From NCBI GenBank assembly GCA_028534125.1, contig CM052818.1:4032001-4096000 (forward strand): 64,000 nucleotides of DNA, read 5' to 3'. Made by a program: the position numbers and the translations under genes. Source of the DNA: Lama glama (lineage: Eukaryota). Numbering within the stretch: the stretch's first letter is position 1; each line of letters opens with the position of its first letter. This document shows, piece after piece, positions 1-14,514 of the stretch. Below the pieces are notes generated by a model. That model saw nothing but the letters and a program-made list of their open reading frames with translations. It was not told the DNA's origin and did no database searches.

Positions 1-59
1 TGTACCTTTCCCTAAGCCACTGGAATGGTTTTTATTTTATTTTTATATTTTTTGAGGCT

Positions 60-720
60 AAATCGGTGCTATTAGCTACTCCCACCAAACCTGTACCCTT
101 TTCTGCAATCCTGAGCTCTCTCAATGATGGAACCATATACCTGGTTAGAAAACCCAGGGCTCTCTTTAGCCCTTTCTTCTTACCGCCACATCCAGTTAGT
201 TTCTGAACCTCATCATTGCATCTCAGAATTGACTCTCAGCTCTGGTCTTGCCTGCAGCTTGTTTCCTCCGGACTTTATGATGGTTGTGTGATTGATCACC
301 CTGGTTACCAGTCTCTCACAGTTGAGGGTGTTTTTCCCATTTTCCCTAAGGTTGTCTTTCTAAAGTACCTATGTAAGTAAACTGACTCTACCATGCTTAG
401 AAACTTTCACTGGCAGCCTGCAAGATAAACTTCAAACTCATTGGAATGGCACAAAGGGTCCTTAATAATAAAGCTTCCAAAGCCGCTCCAGCTGTATCTC
501 TCATTCTCTGCTACAAACCTACATTCCAGCCACCCCAGAGTTCCCCCTCTGGTGGGGATATTCAGGATGTTTCATGCCTCTGTCTTCACACATCTGTTTT
601 CTCGCCCTGAAGTTTCAACCTCTTGCTATTCATTTTTCAAGGCTCAGATACCACTGCCTCTATCACATCTTTATAGCCTAGGGGGAAATTTCTTTCTTTC
701 TTCCTGGAGCCATATAAGGA
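60..720 (-). mobile_element. Degenerate L2 LINE fragment
   Basis: Pyrimidine-rich L2-type phrases such as 'acatccagttag', 'gataaacttcaaactc' and 'tcaaggctcagat'. Confidence 0.55.
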
Positions 721-2048
721 ATCTCTGGCCTTTTATTTGCTTCTAGATAATTTAATTTTCAGAAATTATGTTAAAATAATTTTTAAAATATTCTCATCAG
801 AAGCCAAGAGTAGATACTGTCACTCAGGCAAACAACTAAATGCTCAAAACAATCTTGGAGACTTATTAAAAGTTTTCATTTTTTCCCCCTGCTCTCTCCC
901 ACAAATGGGAGCTAGTAAATCAAATTACTGAAGAGAAAAATCATTGTCTCATTAACCACTGATCTATAGATTGGCCCTAGGGAAACTTTCCTGAGCCCAT
1001 GATTGTCCTTTTAAGTGTGGATTGGGCTCAGAGGACCGGGTTACATGATTATAAAGCTTGATTCACTATGAACATCGCTTTCAAAATGTTGGTCTGGGTG
1101 GATTAGCGCAGCTGTGGTTAAAACTTTGTAATGTGTCCACAAATTTCTTCCAGATTTATTCTGTAGCTGCAGAAGATCAATAAGGCCGGGATGGTGTGCA
1201 GACCCGTGTGAAGAGGTCTTCATCTGCCTTAAGAACTGTCACATCACTGCAGAGTCAGGGTGGACGCATTGACGCCTTTACTCTCAGCCGTGGGTAGTTG
1301 CTTTGGCACACGGGTGCAGTGCCTACAGGGCTTTTTGCATGTTCCATCTTACCAAGGACTTGAGATTGACATATTTTCCACTGGTCTATGAAATGCTGGT
1401 CTGGAAGATGCTCATGACAAATAAAAGATACAGAGCTAGCTAGCTAGCTAGAGTTCAGGGTCCAATAATCTCCCTCATAGAGATTGACGACTCACATTCA
1501 TGTATCAAATGTTCTAAGGAAACTGTAAAGAAGTCTATGTCATGTTGTTTCAGCCATACTCTCCTAAACTTAATTGACTGTAGAACCCGGTTGTCTGTCC
1601 TTTTTCTTTTACTGATTTATTTTTCCTGACACCTATTCACATCCCTGGGGAGGGGACACCTTCCTTAGGGAAACAACTGTGCTGCCTCTGAGGATGCATC
1701 TCAGATTGGAAAAAAATTCTTCCTTTATATAGTGTTGTTATTTCAATGGCTCCAAAAATCAGAAGAACCTCTTCCTCTGTACTTTGTGTGGTCTGTATGA
1801 TTATGTTTGTATGTGTGTATGGAAGGGTCAACCCTGACCTCAACCCTAGTCTCATTTGAGGCCAAAAGTCATAAGGAAGTGTGAACAAGTCACTTGCTTC
1901 CTCCCACCCTGAGAGCTATGTTTTATCTATTTCTTGTCCTTTGAGATAAAGACAGGACATGCCAATGTGTTTTTGACACCTCCGTAGAACCTAGAATACG
2001 CTGGCAAATATATCATGCTCCATAGGCCCATTTTAAAAATTAGAATTG

Positions 2049-2852
2049 TCAAAACTACAATGAAGTATCACCTCACACTGGTCAGAGTGGCCATCATTCA
2101 AAAGTCCACAAATGATAAATGCTGGAGAAGGTGGAGAAAAAGGAAACCCTCCTACACTGTTGGTGGGAATGTGAATTGGTGCAGCCGCTATGGAAAACAG
2201 TATAGAGATTCCTCAAAAAACTAACAATAGACTCACCATATAATCCAGAATCCACTCCTGGGCATATACCTGGAGAAAACTCCAATTTGAAAATGTTGGT
2301 AGAAGCACTGTTTACAATAGCATAAATATGGAAGCAACCTAACTTTCCATCTACAGGTGATTGGATAAAGAACTTGTGGTATATGTGGACAATGGAATAT
2401 TACTCAGCCACAAGAAAGAATAAATAATGCCAATTGCAGCAACATGGATGGACCTAGAGATTATTATACTAAGTGAAATAAGTCAGAAAGAGAAAGACAA
2501 ATACCATATGATATCACTTATATGTGGAATTTAAAAAAAATAACACAAATGAACTTATTTACAAAATGGAAACAGACTCACAGACATAGAAAACAAACTT
2601 ATGGTTACCAAAGGGGAAATGTAGGGGGAGGGATACTTTAGGAGTTTGGGACTGGCAGACATAAACTACTACACACAGAATCGATTAACAACAAGGCCCT
2701 ATTGTATAGCACAGGGAACTATATTCAATATCTTATAATAGCCTATTATGAAAAATAACATGAAAAAGAATATATATATATATGTATAACTGAATCATTA
2801 TGTTGTACCCCAGAAACTAATATAACATTGTAAATTAATAACACTTCAATAA
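2049..2852 (+). mobile_element. 5'-truncated L1 (ORF2 C-terminus plus 3'UTR), artiodactyl type
   Basis: ORF2 tail [19 protein letters not shown]...VGGNVNWC, an A-tail, and a 14-bp TSD aaaaattag(a/g)attg at 2035-2048 and 2853-2866. Confidence 0.93.
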
Positions 2853-5265
2853 AAAAATTAGGATTGCATAAAGGAGATGTTCAAGCTGGAAGATAAAAAA
2901 AATTTCAATATTTATTCATTTCTGGTTCTTGGAGCCAGCTGGAGACGTGTTGCCCTACACTGGCCATAGTAACACACCAAGGGAGTCCCAGGAGATGGTG
3001 AGACTCCAGTGCCCAGTGTTAGTGTGGAAGAAATCAGCCCTTGAGTAAACAGGGCCTGCTCTGCCCACAGCGCTCGATGCCAGTCCATGCCAAGAACCAG
3101 GTCTTATTTAATCTCACGACCCACAAGCACCCAGGACCTCACCTCACCCCACGCCCTGCATATCCAGCTGGGTGGGAGCTCTCTTTGTGTCGAACAAACA
3201 GGGGATGCAGTCTGAGTGCCATATGCTCATACCACAGATCTGGAGGGCCTTTTAGAGCTTTCCCGCATAAATCAGGCTTTGTTTTCCTTCTACTCTGAGT
3301 GGAAGCGGGGTCTGACTTACAGGGCACTTTTTCATCATTAGGTGTCCTCATTCAAGAGTCCCCCTCTTGTGTAGACGTGTTAATGGGCTGCCCTCGCAGT
3401 CAGCATCTACAAAGTCCTTAGGAATCTTGTCTTCCCTTTAATTCTTGCCCCATTTTCTGATATTTAGGACTCAGCTGGCCTCATGCTGCCCCTTTGACCT
3501 CACACTGTAATTTATCTGCTTGTATGTGGAAGCCCCTTCACACAGAGACTCTGTCTCAGTCTCTCTGCCTTTATTGTTTTGCTGAGCACCAGTGAGATGA
3601 TCCTCGTGAGGGTCCCAAGTCAGGTGGTTCTTTGGGGGTTCTGAACCCACTTCATCCCCTGGAGGTGGGGGATGGAGGGGAACTTCTGCCTGCTCCCACG
3701 GTCTTGGTTTACCAGCCTGCAGGTAAGACCCTCGTTACAGTTCCCGTAGCTACAGCTCCCAGCCCTGTGGCAGTGGTGTACACCCATCAAATCTTCCATA
3801 TGGAATTGCGGCCAGGAATGACACATCTGAAAAATAGCAATCAGAACGTGTAGAATAACTTTTTAATCATGATTGCTAGAAAGCTTCTAATTCCAGAAAA
3901 TCCATGCTGATTACATCCTTGTTTTTGTATAGGAGAGAAATTCTTTTCGAATTATAGCAACGTGGTGGAAGCTCTTTCTTACGGCATCACAGAGCCCTCT
4001 CTTTTTGTTATTTCCCACGGGACCATTGCCTTCCAAAATATACATAATGCTGGCTTTCTGTTATTGCTTGTATGTCTGTCCAACTGCATCCGCCAAACTT
4101 TCTGAATCCCCTCAGAGGCAACCAGTGATATATGATGCCTCACATCTGTTATTAACCTTGAGTTGCTCAAGCGTTGTAAACAGGGTTTGGAAACATCTTG
4201 CTACAAGAAGGTCTCTTGAGTGGTGACATCATTCTATAGAATATATGAAAGTAGAGATAAAGAGAGTAGTGACTAATAACTTCATTTTTCATCACTATGA
4301 AGAATAATCAAACCTGGCTGAGCACTTTCCTCCTGAGAAGGAGTTGGAGAAAATACACTCACATGAGGAATAGAAATCACAAAGTGATATGTTGCTTTGT
4401 GATTGTCTTATAGGTAATTCAGAAATAGTAACACATTCTTTGTTTCTTGTTCATATTGAAGCAGTTTAGAGAAAATGATGCAAAGGGTTATGCTGACGGT
4501 GTGTCCCTTAAACCCCAGCAACCAGGCCTGGAAAGGACCAAACGCTGGAAGGTGAAAATCAGATTCTAAGTGGTGAGGACCAAAGTGCTAATGCTGTGAA
4601 AGCTGCACCTGGAGCCCAGGTCCTGTGAGGACCCTTGTGGCACCCCCCCTCCAAAGCTGAACTATCCCCTCAGCATCCCTGGCAGAAAAGGCCAAAGCAA
4701 AGGACTAAAATTAAGTCCTAAGACTGAACAATGAATTTTGTGAATCACTGAGTTTCCTGCAGGGTGACTGATCTGAACTGGTTTCCTTTTCTACATCCCA
4801 GATAGAAAATATACACATGTGTGTAATCTTTTCACTTCTGGAAGAACACATTCTCAGATGAAGATGGTGGATCCTCAGGGAATTCTGAGCATCCATGTTT
4901 ATTTGATTATGTACTCTTCCTACCCACACCCCCTGTCTCCAATTCCTGGAAATGCTTAATAAAATGTATCCACTGGGACTTATTCTGGAGTGTACTTTTT
5001 CTTCAGAGGTCCCACTGGGTTTAAATAAAGAAGCAGCCCCCCTCACCCAGGCCAGGAAAGTTTTTTTCATTTGTTGCTCAGCAATGGGTCACCAGGTCTA
5101 CAATTCTTAACTCATTTTTTTTCATATTGAAAAATAACCAGTTGACAGAAATTCACCATACTCCAGCTAATGCAGTGACCTCGCTAAGCACAAGTGTTAC
5201 AGAAGATTGAAAGATGTAAAACAACAAGTGTTCAGACTCCAAGATCCTGAAAAATGTAGGAGAGG

Positions 5266-5823
5266 CATGACTGGCTTTACGGACGTGTGACCACGCAGTC
5301 ACACAGGACTCAGGTGCAGAAGAGACCCCTATGGGTTTAATGCTCTGGAGTTGCTAAAATTGAAATTCTTATTAATTTCATTTTTGAATTTGTGTTTTAT
5401 AAGTAAAGTCCGATGAGACAATGCAGCGTGCACTGGGGGCTTACAGTCTCGGCTTGTGTGTAGTCCCACCTTCTGCTTCCCCCCACCTCCCTGGATGGGG
5501 TCCCCGCCATCCACTCCTCTACCACCATTGGTAGGGCCTGGGTGCAGATGCAGGAAGGGTCAAGGTCGGACACATACACCTGCATGCTGGGTTACAGTAA
5601 GGGGCTCTGAATGCCTTTGAGGATTTGCAATTACCTTGCCAATATCCCCATGCCCAAGGGAGTGTGCCATTAAATAGCAAATCAAAACACCATCACAGGT
5701 TGACAGAAGGAGAGAAACTATGGAAAAAAGAAAAAAGCTTTTTTTTTCTGTTTGTTTGTTTTTAACAAGGTTGTTCCCTATTTTCATTTTGCACTGGGCT
5801 TTGCAGATTAGACGGCTAGCTGT
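5266..5823 (+). mobile_element. MER45-family hAT-Tip100 DNA transposon fossil
   Basis: Both ends resemble the MER45 consensus ('gtgtgaccacgcagtcacacagg...ggtttaatgctctg' and 'attttcattttgcactgggc...'). Confidence 0.7.
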
Positions 5824-7531
5824 GATGGGAGACAAGCCACACACATAGCATGGATATACCAACGAAAGGTAAGAGGGAGGTGAGGTTGGAAGGTGCACCT
5901 TCTCCAAGGCCACATGGCAGTTAAGAACGGAATAATGTTTTCATGTAATCCAAGAGTCTGTACTCTTTCTCTGAAGCTTTGCAGCTTCTCCAAATGAACA
6001 GTAGAGACAAAACATTCAGAGGAGTGTGAGCTCCTTCAGCTGGAGTGGCTACAGAGGCTTCATGCAGAAAATAGAGCTTTGGCTGAGTCCTGTGGGGCAG
6101 CCTGGTTGTAGACACCCAGGGGTAAAGCAACCGCCGAGGGGAGTGGCAGAGCCAGATGGTGTGAACTAGGGGGTTCAGTGGCTTTGAGGACCACCTTATA
6201 ATGTTCTGTTTTTTTAATTTTTCAAAATTATTTCTTGATGTTTTGAAGTATAGGCTCTTATAATGTTCTTAACACTCTCAGATTCACCTTTATGGTTATG
6301 AAATACCTCATTCAATCATAAATAGATAGGGAACAGTTGAGTCAGAATTATTCCACTTATCAAGAACCTACAGTTTGCTACCCAGGAAGCTCGAGATATT
6401 ATAGGAATTTAATCTGCACAAACAGCCATGTGGAACTGCCTTTTTTCCCTGGCCTCTGAGCTCAGGTATATTAATCCTACACTTCCCTGAATGGGTGAAG
6501 GCTCTTTTCACTTTCCAGCACCTGTATGTTCTGACATCCTTGAGTTCCTCCCAGTAAAAAAATATTTTAGTTGGTGGCCACGGGTATTTCCCCCCAAAAT
6601 CAATCACTTATTTTATTTAATTTTAATTTTTGTAACTGGCACACCTTTTTTTTTTGTTTTGTTTGTTCTCTTTTTGAAGGCACTTATTCAAGAAGGTATC
6701 TAAACAAGTATGTATATTTTAGAAATGTAGATACTCTTTACTGTTTAGAATTTCGTGATTCACCGAAAAATAGATTGAATGTGTACATAGATGATATGTG
6801 CTGGGTGTCCTGGGTCCCGGACGTCTGTTAGGTTATCAGTCTCCCGCGACAGAAGTCATGTTTCCTTATGTCTAGCATAGTTCCTGCCACGTGGTTAGGG
6901 CTCCGTCCAGGATGAGTTCAATGTAAATTCACATGCAAAATAGATTCTACATTTTGGCCCCTTTCCTCAGGTCTAGAGGCAGCCAAACAATTTACTCTGT
7001 CTTCTCGGTTGGGAGGTAGAAAAAGAAAAGAATTTAAACTAAATAGTAATTCTCCTTGGCCTGTAGTAGTATCAATGGAACTCAGCTTTTCTCATCTGAA
7101 GACGACTTCTCCCGTCTTCCTCTCAGCAAGTGTTCAAAACGTTTGCCAGCCTATCCAAGTCCTCTATGTGCCCTGCCTAGCCCTTCATGCCAGGAAAATA
7201 AAAGGTATCGGCTTCTTGATCTGCCGTCCCTTCATCAACCAATCACTGTCTACACCCATTTTTCATTCTCTCTCATCTTGGAGGGATGTGTTCTTAACAG
7301 TTCCCAAGACCACTGTCTCCACCTCCAGTGCCCATTTTCCTCCATCAGTTAGCTGTCCTTTTACTCAAACTTCAATATCTTCCTGTTGGTTCGTTACTTA
7401 TTTTTTTTAAAGTTTTTAAATTTTTTGTTTTGATTTGATGTAGTCAAATTTATTTATCTTTTATCGCGCCTAGTTTTGAGTCAAGATGGGGAATCCTTTA
7501 CCTACACTTGTGTTAAAGAGTCACTCACTCA

Positions 7532-7610
7532 TTTTTATTTATTTTTTTAATGAAGATACTGGGGATTGAACCCAGGACCTCACGGCTCTACCACTGAACT
7601 ATACCTGCCT
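7532..7610 (-). mobile_element. Camelid tRNA-derived SINE (Vic-1-like), internally deleted
   Basis: Reverse strand GGTATAGTTCAGTGGTAGAG...GAGGTCCTGGGTTCAATCCCCAGTATCTTC plus A-rich tail, with A and B boxes. Confidence 0.8.
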
Positions 7611-7759
7611 TCCTTGTTAATTCTTTTTGTTTGTATGGGCAATTCTCCCCAATACTTAAAAAAAAGGAAAATAAACATTAAAAACTTCCCTTAAGTCTAC
7701 CTTCCTCATAAACAGAGATCTTCTATCTTCCTTTCCCTCTACACATAGAGAATGTAGTT

Positions 7760-9230
7760 GTATTAAGCTTTTAACCTCATGTATTTTGATGCTCTTGTTA
7801 GGTTCATGCATGTTCATGGTTGTTACATCTTCCTGAAGAATTGACTCCATCATCATAACGTTTTGCCCCTCTTTATCTCTGATAATTTTTTTTTGTTCTG
7901 AAGTCTGCTTTATCTAAAATTAATATAGATGCTCCAGCTTTTAAGAATTACTGTTGCATAGTATATCTTTCCTCACTCCTTTATGTCAACCTACATTTTT
8001 TTGTATAATCTGTGCCTTTGTATTTAAAGTGGGCTTCTTGAATATAACATATAGTTGGGTCTTATTTTTCTGATCCACTCCGACAATCTCTTTTTTACTT
8101 GGTGTATTTAGATCATTCTTACTTAAAGTAATTATTAATAAAAGTTGGATAAATATCTAACATATTCTTAATTATTTTCTCTTTGTTATTTTTTTCTTTC
8201 CTTCTTTTTGCTTTTTTTTTAAAGTTTTTTAAAGAGAAGTTTTAAGTTAACATCAAAATTGAGTGGGAGGTACAGGTTTCCTATACACTCTCTGCCTCAA
8301 ACATGCATAGCCTCCCTCATCAACATCAATACCAGAAGTGGTACCTTAGTTACAATTGATGAACTTACTTTGACACATCATTATCACCCCGAATCAATAG
8401 TTTATATTATATTTGAACAAATATTCAGCTGTTCAATCAATTAAGAATAAGAAAAAAATTTTTGTTTCATCCTCATTTATTCCTTCTCTGATTGTCCTAG
8501 GCATTCAGACTGCTATAACAAAATAGCAGACTTGGAGGTTTACAAACAATAGATATTTGTGTCTCGTAGTTCTGGAGGCTCAGAAGCCCAAGATCATGGT
8601 GCCAACAGATTTAGTGTAAGTGAGATGTTGCTTCCTCTTTGATGGCCATTTTCTTACTATAACCTCACATGGGGAAGGATGCAAGGGAGCTTTTTTGGGG
8701 GCTTTATAAGGGCACTAATCCCATTTATGATGGCTCTATCCTCATGACAAAATCACCTTCCAAAGGTCTCAGCTCTGGATATCGTCACCATGGAGGTTAT
8801 AATTTCAGCATATAAATTTCAGGTGGACGTAACCATTCAGTCCACTGCATTGATGTTTTCTCTTTCCTTATATAGATCTGAGTTTTTGATCTATATCATA
8901 TTCCTTCAATTTGAAGAACTTTAAAAATTTCTTGCAGGGCTGGTGTGATGGTGATGAATTCCCTCAGTTTTTGTGTGAGAAAGTCTTTATTTTTCCTTTG
9001 TTTTTGAGGGCTAATTTTGCTAGATACAGAATTCTAAGTTGGTGGGTTTTTTCTTTTAACATTTTAAATATCTTACTCCACTGTTGTTTTGCTTGTCTGA
9101 TTTCTGAAGGGAAGTTCACTCAAATTCTTACCAGTTTTCTTCTAGTGCTAAGGTGTTTCTGCAGTTTGAATATGATAAACTTAGGTGAAGATTTTTTTGG
9201 TGTTTATCTTGCTTGGTTTCTAAGCTCTTT
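7760..9230 (-). mobile_element. Old L1 (L1M-type) fragments, antisense, interrupted by a MaLR LTR
   Basis: T-rich antisense L1 ORF2/3'UTR phrases. Confidence 0.65.
8493..8849 (-). mobile_element. MaLR solo LTR (MLT1A0/MST-like)
   Basis: TG...CA termini, about 357 bp, 5-bp TSD ctgat/ttgat, and 'ctgctataacaaaata...gttctggaggct...aagatcatggtgcca'. Confidence 0.85.
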
Positions 9231-9789
9231 GCATCCTGGAAATGAAACCACAAGTTGCATATTTCTTTTTAATCTGATTTTTAGTATGTGCATACTTATA
9301 TGTGTATGTGACTTTCTTTGATAGAATTAAAACTGTACCTTGTACACAGTTTTATAGTTTTTCACTTAACATTGTATCATAAACATTTTAATATCTTTAA
9401 ATATTCTTCACAAGTAGAATTTTAATGTCTGCAACATTGTTAAACATTTATGCTAGTTACAATTCTCTCTTAAAAATAATACTGCTCTAGACATCTTGGT
9501 ATATAAAATATGGTATATATTTATGTTTATGCATTTTTGATATATTTGTAAAACTAAAATTACTTGGTCAAGAGATTAAGCATTATTATGGTTTTTTGTG
9601 TATTGATAAATTACCCTCCTGAAAGTTTTTTTTAAAATTTAGTTTCTATTCCACCCAAAGAATAATTCTTTTCCCCCTTACACTCACTAAAAGAAATAAA
9701 TGATTTCCTATTAAATTGTTGATTTGCAATTTCTAAATAATAAAATCAAGCATGTTGTATGTATAATGAATAGTGGCCATAACATTAGG

Positions 9790-10025
9790 TAACATTTATT
9801 GAGAACCTACTTTGTCATCTACTCTTCTAAGTGCTTTGTATGTATGTCCTCATTTAAGCTCCACAGAAATCCTATGAAGAGACATTTTATTACTTTTTCT
9901 TTACAAATGAGGATATTGAGGCACAGAGAGGTTAAATAATTAGCTAAAAATTACACAATGAGTAACTAGAAAACCTAGACAATTCAAATCCAGGCAGGAT
10001 ATGTCAGACGGCGTGCTTTATAACC
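9790..10025 (-). mobile_element. MIR SINE
   Basis: Core 'ttacaaatgaggatattgaggcacagagaggttaaataat'. Confidence 0.75.
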
Positions 10026-10034
10026 ATCTCCCGT

Positions 10035-10690
10035 TATTTTCTTTGTGGGATAATTTTTAACTACACATTCAGTTTCTTTTGTTGATATAAAAGCCATCCA
10101 AGGTACTTATTTCTTCTGGAGCAGTTTGTGTTTTTTAAGATTTTTACCCCCCATTTTATTTACATTGTTGAATTTAAGGACATAGAGGCATTTGTAATAT
10201 TTCCTTATTTTTTTAAATGGGTGTAAAATCAGTGGTGATGTCCTCTTTTTATTGGTAATGATAATAATTCATCTCTTTTTTTTCCTTGAACAGTTTGGCT
10301 AGGGATTTATCAATTTTATTGATCCTCTAAATAAACCACTGGTAGTTTTAATTTATTTTTCTATGTTCAATTGCATTGGTTTTTGCTCTTAACTTTGTTA
10401 TTTCTTGCCTTGTGCTTTCTTTGGGTTTAATTTGATAGTTTTTTTCAGGTTCCTTAAGTTAGACACTTGGATCACTTATCTGAAATCTTCCTTTTTTTCC
10501 AATATGAGTATTCAATGCTATAAGTTTCTTGCTATGCACTGCTTAAGCTGCATCCCACAAGTTTTGAAATGTTGTATTTTCACTTCTATTCAACTAAAAA
10601 TATTTTCTAATTTCCTTGTGACTTCTTTAACCTTTACTTAGAAGTGTTTTTTAAATATGTAAATAATTAGAGATTTTCCAGATATCTTAG
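10035..10690 (-). mobile_element. Old L1 ORF2 fragment, antisense
   Basis: 'ggctagggatttatcaattttattgatc' and 'cactgcttaagctgcatcccacaagttttg'. Confidence 0.7.
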
Positions 10691-12199
10691 TTCCATTTAA
10701 ATTTAATTGAATAATGCTATTTGAATGTATAATTCTCTAATAATTTATGAGGTTGAAGTATTTTATTTATAAGAAATAGTAATAATAATATCATTTTCCC
10801 GTGGATTTGTAAAAACTTTTTGTAAGTTCAAAATATTACCCTCTGGACAGATTTTTAATAAATCACTTGACTTTTTATTAATAATAGAAATAGAAAATGC
10901 TATTCACTGCTAAAGAAAAAAAGAAAACATTACCCTTTGTCTCTTATATGTATTAAAAGTATTTTTCCTGAGTTTTAAATTTGCTTTTTAGAAAATTTGC
11001 TGTAAAAAATTTATCTTTTACATTTTATGCAGTTTGGCTTATGTATTTTTCCTCTGTGATTTATTCTAATACTTTAATACTTAGAAAATCTTTTCTCTTT
11101 TGCATTGACAAAATCAGATCAAAGTTTATCATGTTTTCTCCTATTTTTTCTTTGTTTCGTTTACATCATGTACATTGTTTATATGTATTTTAAAAATTAA
11201 TTTGGAATTTTTTTTTTTTATTGTTCAATTCTGTAGTAGCTTACCCAAAAAAACTATACCCTCATCCCAGGGCCACTTAGAGTTGAATCTTGTTTTTTTC
11301 TTTCTAAAAACCGTTTTGAGCCCTTTCTTGGGTATGGCATAGTAATGAATCCACAGGCTGGTTGCACTCTATCACAGTGGAAGCTTGTGTGATTGGGGCA
11401 GCAGGAGCAGGGCCATATTATGGCCTCAGTTTGCAAATTTAGGGTCATTAAAGGAAAGACTTTGGGTGTTCATGTCATGTAGAAACAATGAAGAAGATAA
11501 ATATGTTTTTGCTTGCTATTGATAAATATAGCCAATACAATTTGTATTTTGGATTATTGTATCATTCTACCTGTGACCCTCTTCTGATGCTTAATATCTA
11601 CTATGTCTTAATAATTATTTATTTATTAAGAAAACAAACTGAGAGCAAATACTCATTGGGTCTAGTTCATTCTTATATTCATTTCAGAATAGTTCTTGGG
11701 TGATTTTCATAAAATAGATTGTCATTAAGAATGGAAGAAGGGAGATAAAGGAGGGGAGGAGCGGAGAAGAAAGGGAAGAAAGACAAAATGGATAAAGGTA
11801 ATATGAAAGGAAAATAACATGATGAAAGGTGGGGAGTGTGGGGTATGGAGGGAAAGGACAGGAAAGTATAGTCTAATGATCTGAGGGTCTTTTGTGGCAA
11901 TTGAGTACACGAACCTCTTTCTACTTCCACAAACACATCTCCTTTCCTTCATTTAGAATATTTCCCACTCATACCATCAGGGAGGTTAGTTTAGAATAAG
12001 ACTGTAAGAGTAAGTTAAAGGCCAAGAAAGAGCCTTCAACTTCATCTTACAGTTGATGGAGAATTTTAAAAAGTCTTTGAACACAAGAACAATTTAAGCA
12101 AAATGGTACTTTTAGGTCTTGAATCAACTGGTTTTGAGGATGGAACAATGGAAAGCCTAGAAACAGGAAGACAATTTTGGCAAACAAGACTGGCTTCCT

Positions 12200-12565
12200 C
12201 TTTTTGGCACAGAGTTAAGCTTCGTTTCCCTCACAACTGGACAGGGCATCGTGACTGGTCCTTACCAATGGGTAATGAACAGATGTGGTCTTTTTCACTC
12301 TGAAGAAGTTAAGAGCAGATGTGTTTTCTTCATGCTGTTGATCTAAGCTCTCATCTACCAGTTTGTTGATGCCAGGATAACCATTAAGCTCCAAGTTGAA
12401 GAGGGGGAAGCTACATAAGGAAGATGCTGGAAGCCACAAGTTATTGCTTGGAGAAGAGCCGCCCACCAGGAAGTCATCTGTATTGGACTTCATGTGAGTG
12501 AGAAATAAAAGTTTATTTTGTCAAATCACTGAGATTTAGGGGCTGCTTGTTACAGCAGCTAGTGT
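12200..12565 (+). mobile_element. MLT1-type MaLR LTR fragment
   Basis: 3' end 'agaaataaa...cactgagatttaggggctgcttgttacagcagc'. Confidence 0.6.
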
Positions 12566-13529
12566 CATAATTCTGTCTGATTAAAGACATTGTGAAAGAG
12601 ACAGTGCCTGGTGGTGAAGAGGAGGAATGGAGTTGGAGCTCATGGACTGGAAAGAAAGAAACAAACAAGAGAGGCATTGCAGAGGGAAAATGACAGGTGA
12701 ATCAAGGATGACTTCAAGGTGAGCCTGAACACCTGGGGGAAACTGAGCAGAAGTAACAATGTCCAGAAAAAAAAAAGACTGCTTTGGGGGAAAGAATACA
12801 ATGACTTTTATTTTAGACATATTGAGTCTGAATTATCATAATATATCCCAATGTGAATGCCTGGCCAGAAAAAAAAGAGTTGCAGGAGTAAACTGTGTGC
12901 ACATGTGTGTGTGTGCAAGTGGGTGAGAAGGGGAGAGTGGAGAGAGAAATATTGCAAAAATAGGAGATGTAGGTCTCATAATAGAAAAATTAAGTTATTT
13001 AAAATGGGTTCAAGCATATGTCGAGGAAGGCAACTAAGAAAGTCAATAACTGGGAGTGGAGTTTCTATTTAGTTTGATAGGAGCTTTGCCAAGTTTCTTA
13101 CCCTGTCTGCGTCTGGTTTCCTCATGAGGGGTTTCGATAAGACTCGAAATGGCTCTGTCAATTAGAAGTGAGCATGGAAGGTTACCAGTCCACATGGCTG
13201 TGCCCCTTCTCACATCTACTGAATCAGCATCCAAGACATGGGTAAAGCCAGCAGGAGGCCCTTCCATGTCAGCAACTCTACACCCTCTGTGGGGAGCTGG
13301 CAGCTTAGTCATGAACTTGATTTCTAACAACTTTCCCAAGCAGAGTATCTCTTCCCCCCTACTTAGAATTCCCCACCTTGAGTTATGGGTGGGCCTGTTT
13401 CCAAGTCTTACCTCTTGGTCAAGAAACATTCTGGACCCAGAAGGCTCCTTGCTAATGTCCCCATCTCAGTGAGGCAAGAAGTCACACTTAGCAACTAATC
13501 GGGGAGGATGTGCAGTGCCTGGAGTTACC

Positions 13530-13755
13530 AGCGTGGACTCTGGAGTCAGAGTGGGTGCAGATCCCGTCTCCTGTCCTCAGAAGTTGTATAATATCAAAAT
13601 GCGACTTACTGTCCCTGCACCTTAGTCTGCCTATCTGTAAAATGAAACTTGGCTAGAAGATAACCTGTAGGGTTGTCAGGAGGATCAGGTGAATCAATAT
13701 AGGCAAAGTGCTTAGTGCTGGAACACATTAAGTGCTCATCAATGCTAACAATTGT
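13530..13755 (+). mobile_element. MIR SINE
   Basis: 'gactctggagtcaga...ctatctgtaaaatg...aaagtgcttag'. Confidence 0.7.
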
Positions 13756-14014
13756 TATAGGCTTATAGACTGAGAATTCCTGGGGGAAGGAGTTCCCAGT
13801 AGAGAGTGGGATGTACTGCCTCTGCCTGTCATAACATCCATAAGCGTGAATTTTGGGGGACTTTGGAGCCAGATATGGGGGAAAGTTTGCAGATGAACTA
13901 CAAAACTGTCACCCTTATTCTTGTTGTTATCTTAGGAAGATTTAATAAAACAGCACATTTTACATCCACCCCAGCTAACAGCCAGGGCTGGGAAATTCCA
14001 GCGAAGTAGGTAAC

Positions 14015-14514
14015 NNNNNNNNNNNNNNNNNNNNNNNNNNNNNNNNNNNNNNNNNNNNNNNNNNNNNNNNNNNNNNNNNNNNNNNNNNNNNNNNNNNNNN
14101 NNNNNNNNNNNNNNNNNNNNNNNNNNNNNNNNNNNNNNNNNNNNNNNNNNNNNNNNNNNNNNNNNNNNNNNNNNNNNNNNNNNNNNNNNNNNNNNNNNNN
14201 NNNNNNNNNNNNNNNNNNNNNNNNNNNNNNNNNNNNNNNNNNNNNNNNNNNNNNNNNNNNNNNNNNNNNNNNNNNNNNNNNNNNNNNNNNNNNNNNNNNN
14301 NNNNNNNNNNNNNNNNNNNNNNNNNNNNNNNNNNNNNNNNNNNNNNNNNNNNNNNNNNNNNNNNNNNNNNNNNNNNNNNNNNNNNNNNNNNNNNNNNNNN
14401 NNNNNNNNNNNNNNNNNNNNNNNNNNNNNNNNNNNNNNNNNNNNNNNNNNNNNNNNNNNNNNNNNNNNNNNNNNNNNNNNNNNNNNNNNNNNNNNNNNNN
14501 NNNNNNNNNNNNNN
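14015..14514. other. Assembly gap (500 N)
   Basis: Run of N flanked by an identical 38-bp sequence. Confidence 0.99.

Noticed and set aside
1434..1452. (CTAG)n self-complementary run
   Set aside because: Short microsatellite with no evidence of function.
3620..3853. Overlapping ORFs with a minus-strand acceptor-like site near 3827
   Set aside because: None of the frames resembles a gastrokine or any other protein I recognise, and there is no consistent exon chain.
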